The position numbers were made by a program, and so were the translations under genes. From Vulcanimicrobiales bacterium (GTDB lineage: Bacteria; Vulcanimicrobiota; Vulcanimicrobiia; Vulcanimicrobiales; Vulcanimicrobiaceae): a DNA stretch of 64,000 nucleotides. Shown here in pieces: positions 55,878-64,000 of the stretch (positions within the stretch are counted from its first letter, which is position 1; each line of letters opens with the position of its first letter). Location: positions 1 through 64,000 of the forward strand of contig JBBRLI010000010.1 of NCBI GenBank assembly GCA_038231455.1, given 5' to 3'. The notes below the pieces were generated by a model. It was not told the DNA's origin. It made no database searches and was given only the letters and a program-made list of their open reading frames with translations.

Positions 55878-56108
55878 GTGGTGAAGACCGTGAACGTCCA
55901 CGAGGCCAAAACGACCCTCTCACGCCTGCTTGAAGAAGTCGAACGTGGCGAGACGATCGTCATCGCGCGTAACGGTCAACCCGTTGCCGAACTGACGGCG
56001 ATCAAGAAAAAATCGTTCGCCGATGCGGTGGCGGGAATCAAAGCACGCCACAAAATTTCGATCGCCGGACTCTCGATTCCGGACCTGATCAACGAAGGCC
56101 GACGTTGA
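55878..56108 (+). CDS. Phd/YefM family antitoxin
   Basis: VNVHEAKTTLSRLL..VE.GE.IVIARNG.PVA.L. Confidence 0.9.
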   Translation: MVKTVNVHEAKTTLSRLLEEVERGETIVIARNGQPVAELTAIKKKSFADAVAGIKARHKISIAGLSIPDLINEGRR

Positions 56109-56512
56109 GGCTCGTTCTCGATGCGAGCGTGATCATCGCGCTCGTCGCTGAAGATGAATCGAGCGACTACGCCCAAGCTGCTTTAGAGATGTGCCGAGAG
56201 TACGACGCGATCGTTCCTAGTCTGTGGCGCTGGGAGGTTGCCAACACGCTCGTCGTCCTCGAGCGTTGGGGGCGCGTCTCGGACGCAGCTGGCATTTTTG
56301 CGATGGTAGCACGCGACGTGCCGGTCCATATTGCGAGCGATGCGCGCATCGACGACGAGATCGCGCTTGCGAAGGCGCATCAGCTCTCGGTTTACGATGC
56401 TGCGTATCTCGCGCTTGCGATTCGCGAGAAGTGCGTTCTTGCGACGCTCGACGCGCGGCTCGCTCGCGCCGCCGCGCGCGAAGGAGCGATGTTCGAACCG
56501 GGCGTGAGGTGA
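56105..56512 (+). CDS. vapC: VapC PIN-domain toxin
   Basis: VLDAS, EVAN, YDAAYLALA, LATLD. Confidence 0.9.
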   Translation: MRLVLDASVIIALVAEDESSDYAQAALEMCREYDAIVPSLWRWEVANTLVVLERWGRVSDAAGIFAMVARDVPVHIASDARIDDEIALAKAHQLSVYDAAYLALAIREKCVLATLDARLARAAAREGAMFEPGVR

Positions 56513-56527
56513 GCGTCTACGCGACGA

Positions 56528-57484
56528 TTAGGTTGCGTACCGCGCGCCGGTTGCGGGTTCGATCGCGTCGAGTTCTGCAAGATCGGCGCTGCTGAGCTTC
56601 ACGTTTGCTGCGGCGACGTTTTCTTCGAGATACGGAATGCGTCGCGTCCCTGGGATCGGAATCACGTTGTCGCCTTGTGCTAGCACCCATGCGAGTGCGA
56701 CTTGACCGGTCGCGGCGCCGAGTCTCTTCGCTACGGCTTCGACGCGCTGAACGAGTCGAAAATTGCGATCGAAGTTCTCTCCTTGAAAACGTGGCAACGT
56801 CGCGCGGAAATCATCGGGAGCGATGGCATCTTGCATGAGTTTCCCCGTGAGAAAACCGCGACCGAGTGGCGAGAAGGCAAGGAAACCGACGTCGTGCGCT
56901 TTACACCACGGCAGAACGTCAGTGAGAGCATCGCGCGTCCACAGTGAGAGTTCCGATTGCAGCGTTGCAATCGGATGGACGGCATTTGCGCGTTCGAGTG
57001 TCGGCACGTCGACCTCCGAGAGTCCGATGAACCGAACTTTTCCAGCGCTGACGAGTTCTGCGAGCGCCCCAACGCTTTCTTCAACCGGCACGTTCTCATC
57101 GACGCGGTGCAGTTGATAGAGATCGATGACATCGATGCCCAGTCGCATCAGCGAACCGTCGACGGCTTTGCGAATCGTCTCGGGACGTCCGTCGCGGCGC
57201 ATCGTAGCGCCCGGTGCCTGCGGCGCGAAGCCGGTCTTCGTTGCGACGACGACCTCATCGCGTCGTCCGGCAAGACCTTTGCCGACGAGTGTTTCGTTCG
57301 TGAACGGCCCGTACACTTCGGCGGTGTCGAATAGCGTTACGCCGAGGTCGATCGCACGATGGAGGAGCGCAATTGCATCGCGCTCTGCCTCGCCCACGAT
57401 CGGCTTACCGTACGCCCACGTCAGTCCCATCGCGCCGTAGCCGATCTCACCGACGGAAGTCTTGCCGAACGTTCGCTGCTTCAT
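56528..57484 (-). CDS. Aldo/keto reductase
   Basis: FDTAEVYG, ATK, IDLYQLHRVD, IGLSE, IPGT. Confidence 0.92.
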   Translation of the reverse strand: MKQRTFGKTSVGEIGYGAMGLTWAYGKPIVGEAERDAIALLHRAIDLGVTLFDTAEVYGPFTNETLVGKGLAGRRDEVVVATKTGFAPQAPGATMRRDGRPETIRKAVDGSLMRLGIDVIDLYQLHRVDENVPVEESVGALAELVSAGKVRFIGLSEVDVPTLERANAVHPIATLQSELSLWTRDALTDVLPWCKAHDVGFLAFSPLGRGFLTGKLMQDAIAPDDFRATLPRFQGENFDRNFRLVQRVEAVAKRLGAATGQVALAWVLAQGDNVIPIPGTRRIPYLEENVAAANVKLSSADLAELDAIEPATGARYAT

Positions 57485-57517
57485 ATCACGCGTAACCGCA
57501 GCGGCCGCGCGACGGAT

Positions 57518-58186
57518 TCAGCGTTTGCGAAGTGCTGCGCGCGCGCGCGATTGTTCGCGTCGCCACGCGGCAATTGCTTGATGATCGCCGGAGAGTAAAA
57601 CAGCCGGAACATCGATACCGCGAAAACGCGGCGGGCGCGTGAATGACGGGTGATCGACGCTGCCGTTGGCAAACGAATCTTCCGCCGCAGAGTCTGCCGC
57701 AATCGCACCCTCGATCAAGCGCACGGTCGCATCGAGAAACGCCATCGCCGGAATCTCACCGCCCGTCAGGACGAATTCGCCAAGCGAATACGCTTCCACC
57801 GGATACAGCGCAGCCAAACGTTCATCGACGCCTTCGTAATGTCCGCAGACCAAGATCAAACGATCGAGTTTCCCAAACGCGACGGCATCGGCGTGTGCGA
57901 ACGACGTTCCGTCGGCGGCAGTAAGAATGATGCGGCGGGCTTCATCCGGTGGCGCAGCGGCGATGATGCTATCGAGAATATTCGCAAGCGGCTCGATGCG
58001 GAGCACCATCCCGGGTCCACCACCGAATGGCCGGTCGTCGGCGCGCTCGCCGGGGGGCAGCACATCGATGATCGGGTGCATGCGCACGTCGACGAGTCCG
58101 CGCTCGATCGCGCGGCCGACGATCGAGAGGCCGATAACCGGAGCGAACATCTCCGGGAAGAGCGTGATGACATCGATGGACAACAT
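57518..58186 (-). CDS. trmD: tRNA (guanine-37-N1)-methyltransferase
   Basis: ITLFPEMF, DDRPFGGGPGMV, CGHYEGVDER, SLGEFVLTGGE, VLLSGDH. Confidence 0.96.
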   Translation of the reverse strand: MLSIDVITLFPEMFAPVIGLSIVGRAIERGLVDVRMHPIIDVLPPGERADDRPFGGGPGMVLRIEPLANILDSIIAAAPPDEARRIILTAADGTSFAHADAVAFGKLDRLILVCGHYEGVDERLAALYPVEAYSLGEFVLTGGEIPAMAFLDATVRLIEGAIAADSAAEDSFANGSVDHPSFTRPPRFRGIDVPAVLLSGDHQAIAAWRREQSRARAALRKR

Positions 58187-58192
58187 AGCGGT

Positions 58193-58672
58193 GTGCCGTT
58201 CTTCGACTTCCTTCGCCGATTCGCCGCCGGGCAGCCGCCCGAGCGTTCGCCGTACGCCGAAGGCACGATCGCACTCGAGCGCGGCCGCCTCGCTGATGCG
58301 CTCGCGTTCTTCACCCGTGCAGCTGATGAGGCAAGCGATGACCTCCAGCGCGCCGATGCCCTCAACAAGCGCGGCGTTACGTACATTCGGCGCGGCGACC
58401 GTGACGCCGCGCTCGTCGACTTCATCGCCGTGCTGGATCTCGACCCACGCTACGTCCCCACCATCACCAATATCGGAAACCTCTTACTCGAAGACGGTGA
58501 CCATGACGAGGCGATCGAGCACTACGAAACGGCGCTCCGACTCGACGACGACTACCACATCGCGCACCTCAATTTAGCGGTTGCTTACAAGAAGACCGGC
58601 CGCCGTGCCGAATCAGTCCGACATCTCCGACGGGCCAACCGGCTCGAAGGCAAGCGAAAACGAAAGGTCTGA
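58193..58672 (+). CDS. Tetratricopeptide repeat protein
   Basis: ALNKRG, NIGNLL..G..DEAI..Y..AL, AHLNLAV. Confidence 0.82.
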   Translation: MPFFDFLRRFAAGQPPERSPYAEGTIALERGRLADALAFFTRAADEASDDLQRADALNKRGVTYIRRGDRDAALVDFIAVLDLDPRYVPTITNIGNLLLEDGDHDEAIEHYETALRLDDDYHIAHLNLAVAYKKTGRRAESVRHLRRANRLEGKRKRKV

Positions 58673-58673
58673 C

Positions 58674-59168
58674 GTGGACGTCGAGCAGCTCTCCCTCTCT
58701 CGCGATCTCCTCGAACTCATGCGCAAGGCCGCGGGCTATGCGGGTGAGGACCATATGGAATACATCACGCCGCCGCACGTGCTGCTCGCCTTGCTCGACG
58801 ATCCGTCGTTTGCCGAAGCGGTCGGCGGGGAAGTCGATCGCGAGCGCGTTCTCGATTCGGCAAAGGAGCCGCGCCTGCCCGAGGTCTTCGAGATCCCCGA
58901 AGGCCCGCTGCCCGAAGGCGAGAGCGTCCCGTTCAAGCGCTTCGACACCTTGATTTTCCACAGCACCGATGGCTCGACGTCAGCCTGGCTCGACAAACAG
59001 TCGTTTCGCATGTTCATCGAGGGTGCGCGGCGCGTGAGCGATGGTCCGTACAAACCCAAACACCTTGCGCTCGGCTACGTCGCAGAAGCGCTCAAGGATC
59101 GCGAGTTGCTCGATCTCTTCGGTAAAGAGCCGCAGTCGGTCAACGCAAAAATCTACGCGATGACATAG
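58674..59168 (+). CDS. Stand-alone Clp N-terminal-repeat-like protein
   Basis: YITPPHVLLALL and a second KHLALG repeat; no ATPase domain. Confidence 0.55.
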   Translation: MDVEQLSLSRDLLELMRKAAGYAGEDHMEYITPPHVLLALLDDPSFAEAVGGEVDRERVLDSAKEPRLPEVFEIPEGPLPEGESVPFKRFDTLIFHSTDGSTSAWLDKQSFRMFIEGARRVSDGPYKPKHLALGYVAEALKDRELLDLFGKEPQSVNAKIYAMT

Positions 59169-59267
59169 GGATTCGCCCAGCCTGCGCTGTGCGAATCCGT
59201 TCGCCCAGCTGTTGCTGGGCGAATTCGCTTGCGCAACTAGGCTGGGGAAATGTGCGCCGAGGTTGCC

Positions 59268-59744
59268 TTAGTCCTTGACCGCGAGGATGTCGGCGCTCGT
59301 TATTTCTTCGAGATATTCGAAGAGTTGCGGAAGCGTTATTTTCTCGAGGGCGCTCTTGGACTTGATTCCGTCGCCCTCGTCGCCTTCGTCACGCAGGTAG
59401 CAGCGCGATTCGACGCCGCCGGCGTTTTCGCTCAGGAACGAGACGGCAAACCCTTTACCGAGTGTGTCGTCGTAGATGCGCATGGCGGCGGGGTTGAGGA
59501 TCTCGATCGAGTGGCTCGCGTTGTGCGCATCGAAAATCGTGATCGTCAAATAATCGCGGTTCACGATCTCGATCGAGCCAACGACAAAGGTGTTCTTCGC
59601 GGAGAAGAACTCATGGCCGCGCTTATTGCGCGAACTCACTTCGTAGAAGACGCGGTGGGCAACGAACCGGTTGAGAATTTTTCGGAGCGTCGCAATCGAT
59701 GCGAGCGTTTCGGTCCGGTTGCCCCGCGTGTAGATGATCTTCAA
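59268..59744 (-). CDS. Hypothetical protein
   Basis: 158-aa globular-looking ORF with host-like codon usage. Confidence 0.6.
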   Translation of the reverse strand: MKIIYTRGNRTETLASIATLRKILNRFVAHRVFYEVSSRNKRGHEFFSAKNTFVVGSIEIVNRDYLTITIFDAHNASHSIEILNPAAMRIYDDTLGKGFAVSFLSENAGGVESRCYLRDEGDEGDGIKSKSALEKITLPQLFEYLEEITSADILAVKD

Positions 59745-59830
59745 GCGATTCGGTCACGCCTTCGTTTGTATTTTGCCTATTTCGCGGACGGGTGGGATTG
59801 TACGACGTGCGGAAAGAGCCCTTCTGAACT

Positions 59831-60319
59831 ATGCTTTCCATTCCCGATCTCGCAATCGTTGGTGTCTTCGCCCTCCTCGTGTTTGGCCCGGATAAACTTC
59901 CCGGTGTGATGCGCAAGGCCGGGCACGTCATGCGCGATCTTCAGAACACCTCGCAAGGCTTTATCCGTGAGATGGAGCGCGCGGCCGATGTGAACGAGCC
60001 GCCGCCGAAACCGTGGGCGCCTCCGGAGCATCCGGAAGACCCGGCGTACCCGATGCACGGCTACGGCGCAAGCTCGAATGGCGACGAACTGCATCACCCG
60101 ACGGCAGAAGAACTCGACGCGATCGTCCCTCCCATCGCGCACCAACCGGAGATGGTGGGACCGCATGCCGACCCGGCGCATGCCGAAGCCCCGCTCGAAG
60201 AACCGGACCGCGCTCCTATCGCGATGCAGCACGACGCGCAAACGCCCGATGCCGTGAACCAGGCGACCTTATATCCCGGCAAGGCGACGCCAGAGCCCGA
60301 TCACTCGGCGAACATATAG
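59831..60319 (+). CDS. Twin-arginine translocase TatA/TatB family subunit
   Basis: TM-ALLVFGPDKLP-amphipathic helix; long acidic Pro-rich tail. Confidence 0.85.
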   Translation: MLSIPDLAIVGVFALLVFGPDKLPGVMRKAGHVMRDLQNTSQGFIREMERAADVNEPPPKPWAPPEHPEDPAYPMHGYGASSNGDELHHPTAEELDAIVPPIAHQPEMVGPHADPAHAEAPLEEPDRAPIAMQHDAQTPDAVNQATLYPGKATPEPDHSANI

Positions 60320-60799
60320 CTGCGTCTCGGCATACGGCGGGATCCCGCCGTACCGATCGACGGCCCCCGCGCCCGCGTTGTAGGCGGCGATCGCGCGCAC
60401 GTAGCGCTGCTGTGCCGGAAACCGTTTGTAGCGGTCGAGCAAGCCGCGTAGGTGCCGAACCGTTCCGTGGAGATTCGCCTCGGCGTCGATCGGATCGACG
60501 CCAAGCCCCGCCGCGGTCCCCGGCATAAGCTGACCGAGACCCAGTGCCCCCGTCGGCGAGACGGCGTGCGGATTCCAGGACGACTCGACGGCGACGAGAG
60601 CGACGACCAGGCGCGCATCCAGTCCCGAGGCATCCGCCTCGTCAACGACGCGCATCGCTAGCCGATAGGATTCGTTGCTTCCGAGTGCGCGGTCGAAATG
60701 GCGCAACGCCGATGCGTAGGCGGCCGGAATCGATTCGACCGCCGACACGGGTGCTGCGAGCGCGCACAGAAGTGCGAAAACGAAAAGGCACCGTCGCAT
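60269..60799 (-). CDS. Lytic transglycosylase (SLT domain)
   Basis: VESS, GALGLGQLMPGTA, AAYNAG, PYAETQ.YV. Confidence 0.92.
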   Translation of the reverse strand: MRRCLFVFALLCALAAPVSAVESIPAAYASALRHFDRALGSNESYRLAMRVVDEADASGLDARLVVALVAVESSWNPHAVSPTGALGLGQLMPGTAAGLGVDPIDAEANLHGTVRHLRGLLDRYKRFPAQQRYVRAIAAYNAGAGAVDRYGGIPPYAETQLYVRRVIGLWRRLAGI

Positions 60800-60835
60800 G
60801 TCTGCGGCAGTGCCCGGGCGCGAATCGCGTGATTC

Positions 60836-61072
60836 TTAGATGTTGAAGTTTTGGCGGAGTTCGTTGATGCGCGACTCGAGCAGCGAGCGTACTTGCTTGT
60901 GCAGACGGTCGCGCTGTTCGTCGGGGAGGCGCTGGTACACGAGGTAGCCTGCGGCGGAAACGAGTCCGCCCAGGACGCCGACGAGCACCGTGCGACCCGC
61001 ATCGGCCGGAACGCTCGGGGTTTCTTTGGGCAGGCCGCTGCCGTTGCCGGTGGGTTTGTAGGTGTCCGTCAT
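60836..61072 (-). CDS. Small membrane-anchored hypothetical protein
   Basis: GGAGAG RBS, ATGA overlap with prp, single TM plus a charged helix. Confidence 0.7.
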   Translation of the reverse strand: MTDTYKPTGNGSGLPKETPSVPADAGRTVLVGVLGGLVSAAGYLVYQRLPDEQRDRLHKQVRSLLESRINELRQNFNI

Positions 61073-61455
61073 GAGGTTGATTGCTCTCCTTTGTCCGTGC
61101 TGATACCCGCATTCGACGCGCGAGTGTCAGGTTCAGGCTCGGTTCGCACGCGAACGTGCGTTTCATATTGGCGCGCAATTTGTCCGAGCGCAAGCTCGGC
61201 TGTCGCAACGATCGCGATCAGGTCGATGCGGTCGCGGTCGGCCTCGGGCCACGCGAGCGAAAGCCGCCCTTTCTCGCGCTCGGCGGTGACTTCGACGTGC
61301 GCGTGTTCGGCCAGACCCATCCAGGCGGCTTGCAAAATCGCGGAGGCGGCGGCGCAGACGATGTCCTCGCCGTCCTCAGCCCAACCCGCATGGCCGTCCG
61401 CAAAAACAGAAGACAGCCGCTTCCGGCTGTCTCTGCGAAATACGATCTCGAGCAT
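61069..61455 (-). CDS. prp: Ribosomal-processing cysteine protease Prp (YsxB)
   Basis: DGHAG...GEDIVCAAAS catalytic His/Cys; QIARQY; follows rplU. Confidence 0.9.
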   Translation of the reverse strand: MLEIVFRRDSRKRLSSVFADGHAGWAEDGEDIVCAAASAILQAAWMGLAEHAHVEVTAEREKGRLSLAWPEADRDRIDLIAIVATAELALGQIARQYETHVRVRTEPEPDTRASNAGISTDKGEQSTS

Positions 61456-61458
61456 TCC

Positions 61459-61776
61459 CTACGGAAGGTCGATCTTCGTGATCTTGACTTCGGCGAAGCG
61501 CTGGCGGTGGCCGATCAGCTTGCGGACGCGCTTCTTCGGCTTGTAGCGGAAGACGAGGATCTTCTTGTCTTTTGCCTGGCGGAGAACCGTGCCCGACACG
61601 ACGGCGCCGGCCACAACCGGGCTGCCAATGCTGAGCTTATCGCCTAAGCCGGAGGCAAGGACAATGCGGTCGAATTTCACTTCAGCGCCGACTTCGGTTT
61701 CGATGAGGTCGGTGCGAATGATATCGCCTTCCGACACGCGGTACTGTTTCCCGCCGGTCTCGATGATCGCGTACAT
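61459..61776 (-). CDS. rplU: 50S ribosomal protein L21
   Basis: MYAIIETGGKQYRV, GHRQ. Confidence 0.97.
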   Translation of the reverse strand: MYAIIETGGKQYRVSEGDIIRTDLIETEVGAEVKFDRIVLASGLGDKLSIGSPVVAGAVVSGTVLRQAKDKKILVFRYKPKKRVRKLIGHRQRFAEVKITKIDLP

Positions 61777-61785
61777 AACTTGGGG

Positions 61786-61815
61786 AGTTTATCACGGCGG
61801 CGCAAACCGCGTCAA
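61786..61815 (-). promoter_or_regulatory. Sigma70 promoter of rplU
   Basis: TTGACG-N18-TAAACT, 9 nt before ATG. Confidence 0.6.
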
Positions 61816-61845
61816 CGGCCTTCGGCGGGTTTTCCCGGCGGGAGG

Positions 61846-62682
61846 CTAGGCGGCGACAACCGCCGCGGCCGGGCCGTCGTCGAGCTTGAGCGTGAGGCAT
61901 TTGGACGAGCCGCCCGCCTTGTGGAACTCCCCAAGGTCCGTACAGAAGACCCGGTAGCCCGCGGCGTGGAGGCGTTCGCGGAGGGCGCTTGAGGCGGCAT
62001 GCATCACGATCGCGTCGCCGACTTCGACGGCATTGGCGGCAAAACTGAGGGCATCCTCGAGCGAGAGTTCGATCAGGTAGCCCGGGTCGATGCTCCGGCG
62101 TAAGAGTTGCTGGGCGTGCGGCGAGAAGGCATCCATATAGGCCATCACGTGGCCGCTCGCAAGCGGGCACAGCGCCGTGTCGAGATGGTAGAAGCGCTCG
62201 TCGACGAGCAAGAGCGGGACTACGCGGGCATCGAGATGCTCGGCGAGTTGAATCGTCGCGTTGCGCTCCGAGCGCCATCCGTAACCGGCGTAGATCTGGG
62301 GACGTGCGCGATCGAACAGCGCATCTCCGGCGCCTTCGAAAAACGTCTGCTGCAGGTACGTCGTTGCGAAACCGTTCTGTGCTAGCCACGCGCGGTACAC
62401 CGCTTGTTCGCCGCGGCGCTGTTCGTGACGGAAACTGCTGACGAATGCGAGCTTGCCGCTCACGAGCGCCGCATTTGCGGTGAAGACGAGATCGGGCAAA
62501 TGCGGGACGGGATCGAGCAAATCGATCTGCACGTCTGCGGCGACGGTTAGCGTTTCAACGAGCCGTTCCCATTGACGCTTTGCATCGGGCGCGGAATAAC
62601 CGACGTTCCGCGTCATCCACGGGTTGATATCGTAGCTCACGTTGAAGTGCCTCGGTTCGCACATCAGTATCCGCGTCTTCAT
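61846..62682 (-). CDS. Amidinotransferase/dimethylargininase superfamily protein
   Basis: YDINPWM, PDLVFTAN, FEGAGD, FYHLDT, KAGGSSKCL. Confidence 0.88.
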   Translation of the reverse strand: MKTRILMCEPRHFNVSYDINPWMTRNVGYSAPDAKRQWERLVETLTVAADVQIDLLDPVPHLPDLVFTANAALVSGKLAFVSSFRHEQRRGEQAVYRAWLAQNGFATTYLQQTFFEGAGDALFDRARPQIYAGYGWRSERNATIQLAEHLDARVVPLLLVDERFYHLDTALCPLASGHVMAYMDAFSPHAQQLLRRSIDPGYLIELSLEDALSFAANAVEVGDAIVMHAASSALRERLHAAGYRVFCTDLGEFHKAGGSSKCLTLKLDDGPAAAVVAA

Positions 62683-62871
62683 GATGAAAGTGTAGCTCGC
62701 TTGGAGTATGTCCACATTGTGCAAAGCGTAAAGGGTCCGCGTGCGGCGTTGGCTGTGCGGGTTCTCGCGCAAAATCGGGTGCATGGACAAATCGAGCGGC
62801 AAAGTCGTCATTCGTGCCCCATATGAAGCGCACAACCAGGACGAGCACGTACCATCGGCGGAGAGGCGAGG

Positions 62872-63375
62872 ATGATCAAACGATTCTTCGCCTTACTTCT
62901 CACGCTCGCCACATTTGGAACCTCCGTAGCGCTTGCGTCGACGCCGCTCCCGACCGGTTCTCCCAAGTCCATGCCGAAAGCCGTCGCTAAGCCCGCAAAG
63001 GCAACCAAGCCTGCGATGAAAACCGCGCCGGCGTTGCACACCACCGCTTCGGGTCTTCAATACGAAGATCTCAAAGTGGGAACGGGCCCATTGCCCAAAA
63101 CCGGGCAAACCGTTACCGTGCACTATACGGGTACGCTCGTTGATGGGAAGAAGTTCGATAGCTCGCGCGATCGTAACGAGCCGTTTAAGTTTCAGATCGG
63201 TTTAGCGCAAGTGATCCGCGGTTGGGACGAAGGCGTGGGATCGATGCGCAAAGGCGGTCGTCGTAAACTCATCATCCCCGCAAAACTCGGCTACGGTGAT
63301 ACCGGTGCGGGCAACGGATTGATCCCGCCCGGCGCGACGCTGATTTTTGATGTCGAATTGCTCGACATCAAGTAA
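62872..63375 (+). CDS. Exported FKBP-type peptidyl-prolyl isomerase
   Basis: [34 protein letters not shown]. Confidence 0.95.
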   Translation: MIKRFFALLLTLATFGTSVALASTPLPTGSPKSMPKAVAKPAKATKPAMKTAPALHTTASGLQYEDLKVGTGPLPKTGQTVTVHYTGTLVDGKKFDSSRDRNEPFKFQIGLAQVIRGWDEGVGSMRKGGRRKLIIPAKLGYGDTGAGNGLIPPGATLIFDVELLDIK

Positions 63376-63687
63376 TTACAGCTGGATGTGAATCTGGTCG
63401 CCCTCGATCCTCACCTCGTACGTGGGGATCGGGAGGATCGCCGGTAATGTGAGCGCTTTGCCCGTCGTCACGTCGAAATATGCGCCGTGACGCGGGCACA
63501 TGATACGGCAGTCCTCGAGCTCGCCTTGATCGAGTTCTCCGCCGTCGTGCGAGCAGACATCTTCGATCGCGTGGATCGTGCCGGCGACGTTGCATAGCAG
63601 CACGTCGGTCGCGCCGATCGTGATTTTCTTCGTCGTGCCCGGTGCGATGTCGCTGAGCTTCGCGACGGCATTCGTTTGGTTTGTCAT
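63376..63687 (-). CDS. Rieske-type ferredoxin
   Basis: CSH...CPRHGAYFDVTTG. Confidence 0.9.
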   Translation of the reverse strand: MTNQTNAVAKLSDIAPGTTKKITIGATDVLLCNVAGTIHAIEDVCSHDGGELDQGELEDCRIMCPRHGAYFDVTTGKALTLPAILPIPTYEVRIEGDQIHIQL

Positions 63688-63702
63688 CACGCGCGAGGTT
63701 CG

Positions 63703-64000
63703 CTACGCGTTCGGACAGATGCTCTTTCCAAGCGTCGTCGGGATCGCAAGGACGGTGAAGGCGAAGCCGGGTCCGAGGGTGATGTTCTTGCCGAAGCGCA
63801 CCAAATTGACGCCGCTCATCACGATTCCCGAGACCGGATTGACGCGCGTCGCACCCTTTTCGATGAGCGAATCGCGCGGCGACCAGCTCGCGGGGAGATG
63901 CGGGTCCATCGTGACGGGGATTTCGCGTTTGCCAAGCATCAGGTAACGCGGTTCCAGAGCAAGCGAGCCGTCGTGATCGCGACGTCCGGCGCGGTCGACA
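63703..64000 (-). CDS. 3' part of a hypothetical protein (truncated by window edge)
   Basis: Open frame running to the end of the window. Confidence 0.5.
   Translation of the reverse strand, partial: VDRAGRRDHDGSLALEPRYLMLGKREIPVTMDPHLPASWSPRDSLIEKGATRVNPVSGIVMSGVNLVRFGKNITLGPGFAFTVLAIPTTLGKSICPNA

Noticed and set aside
1-64000. tRNA, rRNA, prophage or an alternative genetic code
   Set aside because: No cloverleaf, rRNA or phage structural genes seen; TAA, TAG and TGA all end conserved proteins at expected positions

Overview
A GC-rich bacterial chromosomal window, mostly core genome with small accessory patches. The gene content is Terrabacteria-like (pyrK/pyrD class 1B, hemQ, rbgA, prp, PhaQ-type regulator) and reminiscent of Vulcanimicrobiota/Eremiobacterota; the taxon is an inference only. 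Contents, in order: a DUF1800/DUF1501 pair; a peptide ABC transporter without a local ATPase; a Bacillus-like PHA cluster (phaJ-phaQ-phaP-phaR-phaB-phaC); an ECF sigma/anti-sigma + two-component + DUF4097/DUF6249 module driven by mirror-image promoters; pyrKDFE-hisC; argS, rlmH, hicAB, dprA; nrdR-dut-panE-hemQ; partner-switching proteins; comM/yifB; a sugar ABC transporter; a kinase-APC permease-USP tail on the rplS-lepB-lepB-rbgA-rnhB-yraN string; an intact IS1202-family-like element with 17-bp target duplications; vapBC; trmD; and rplU-prp without rpmA. I saw no rRNA, tRNA or CRISPR array. Main observations: (1) about five genes appear to need non-canonical start codons (ATC, CTG, ATA); (2) the class IV-like PHA cluster has a Lys-tailed PhaR-like protein with an internal terminator; (3) prp is coupled to an unknown small membrane protein instead of L27; (4) the IS sits exactly between two back-to-back promoters and preserves both; (5) there are small ORFs below the ORF-track cutoff. 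All family calls come from motif recognition, not database searches.
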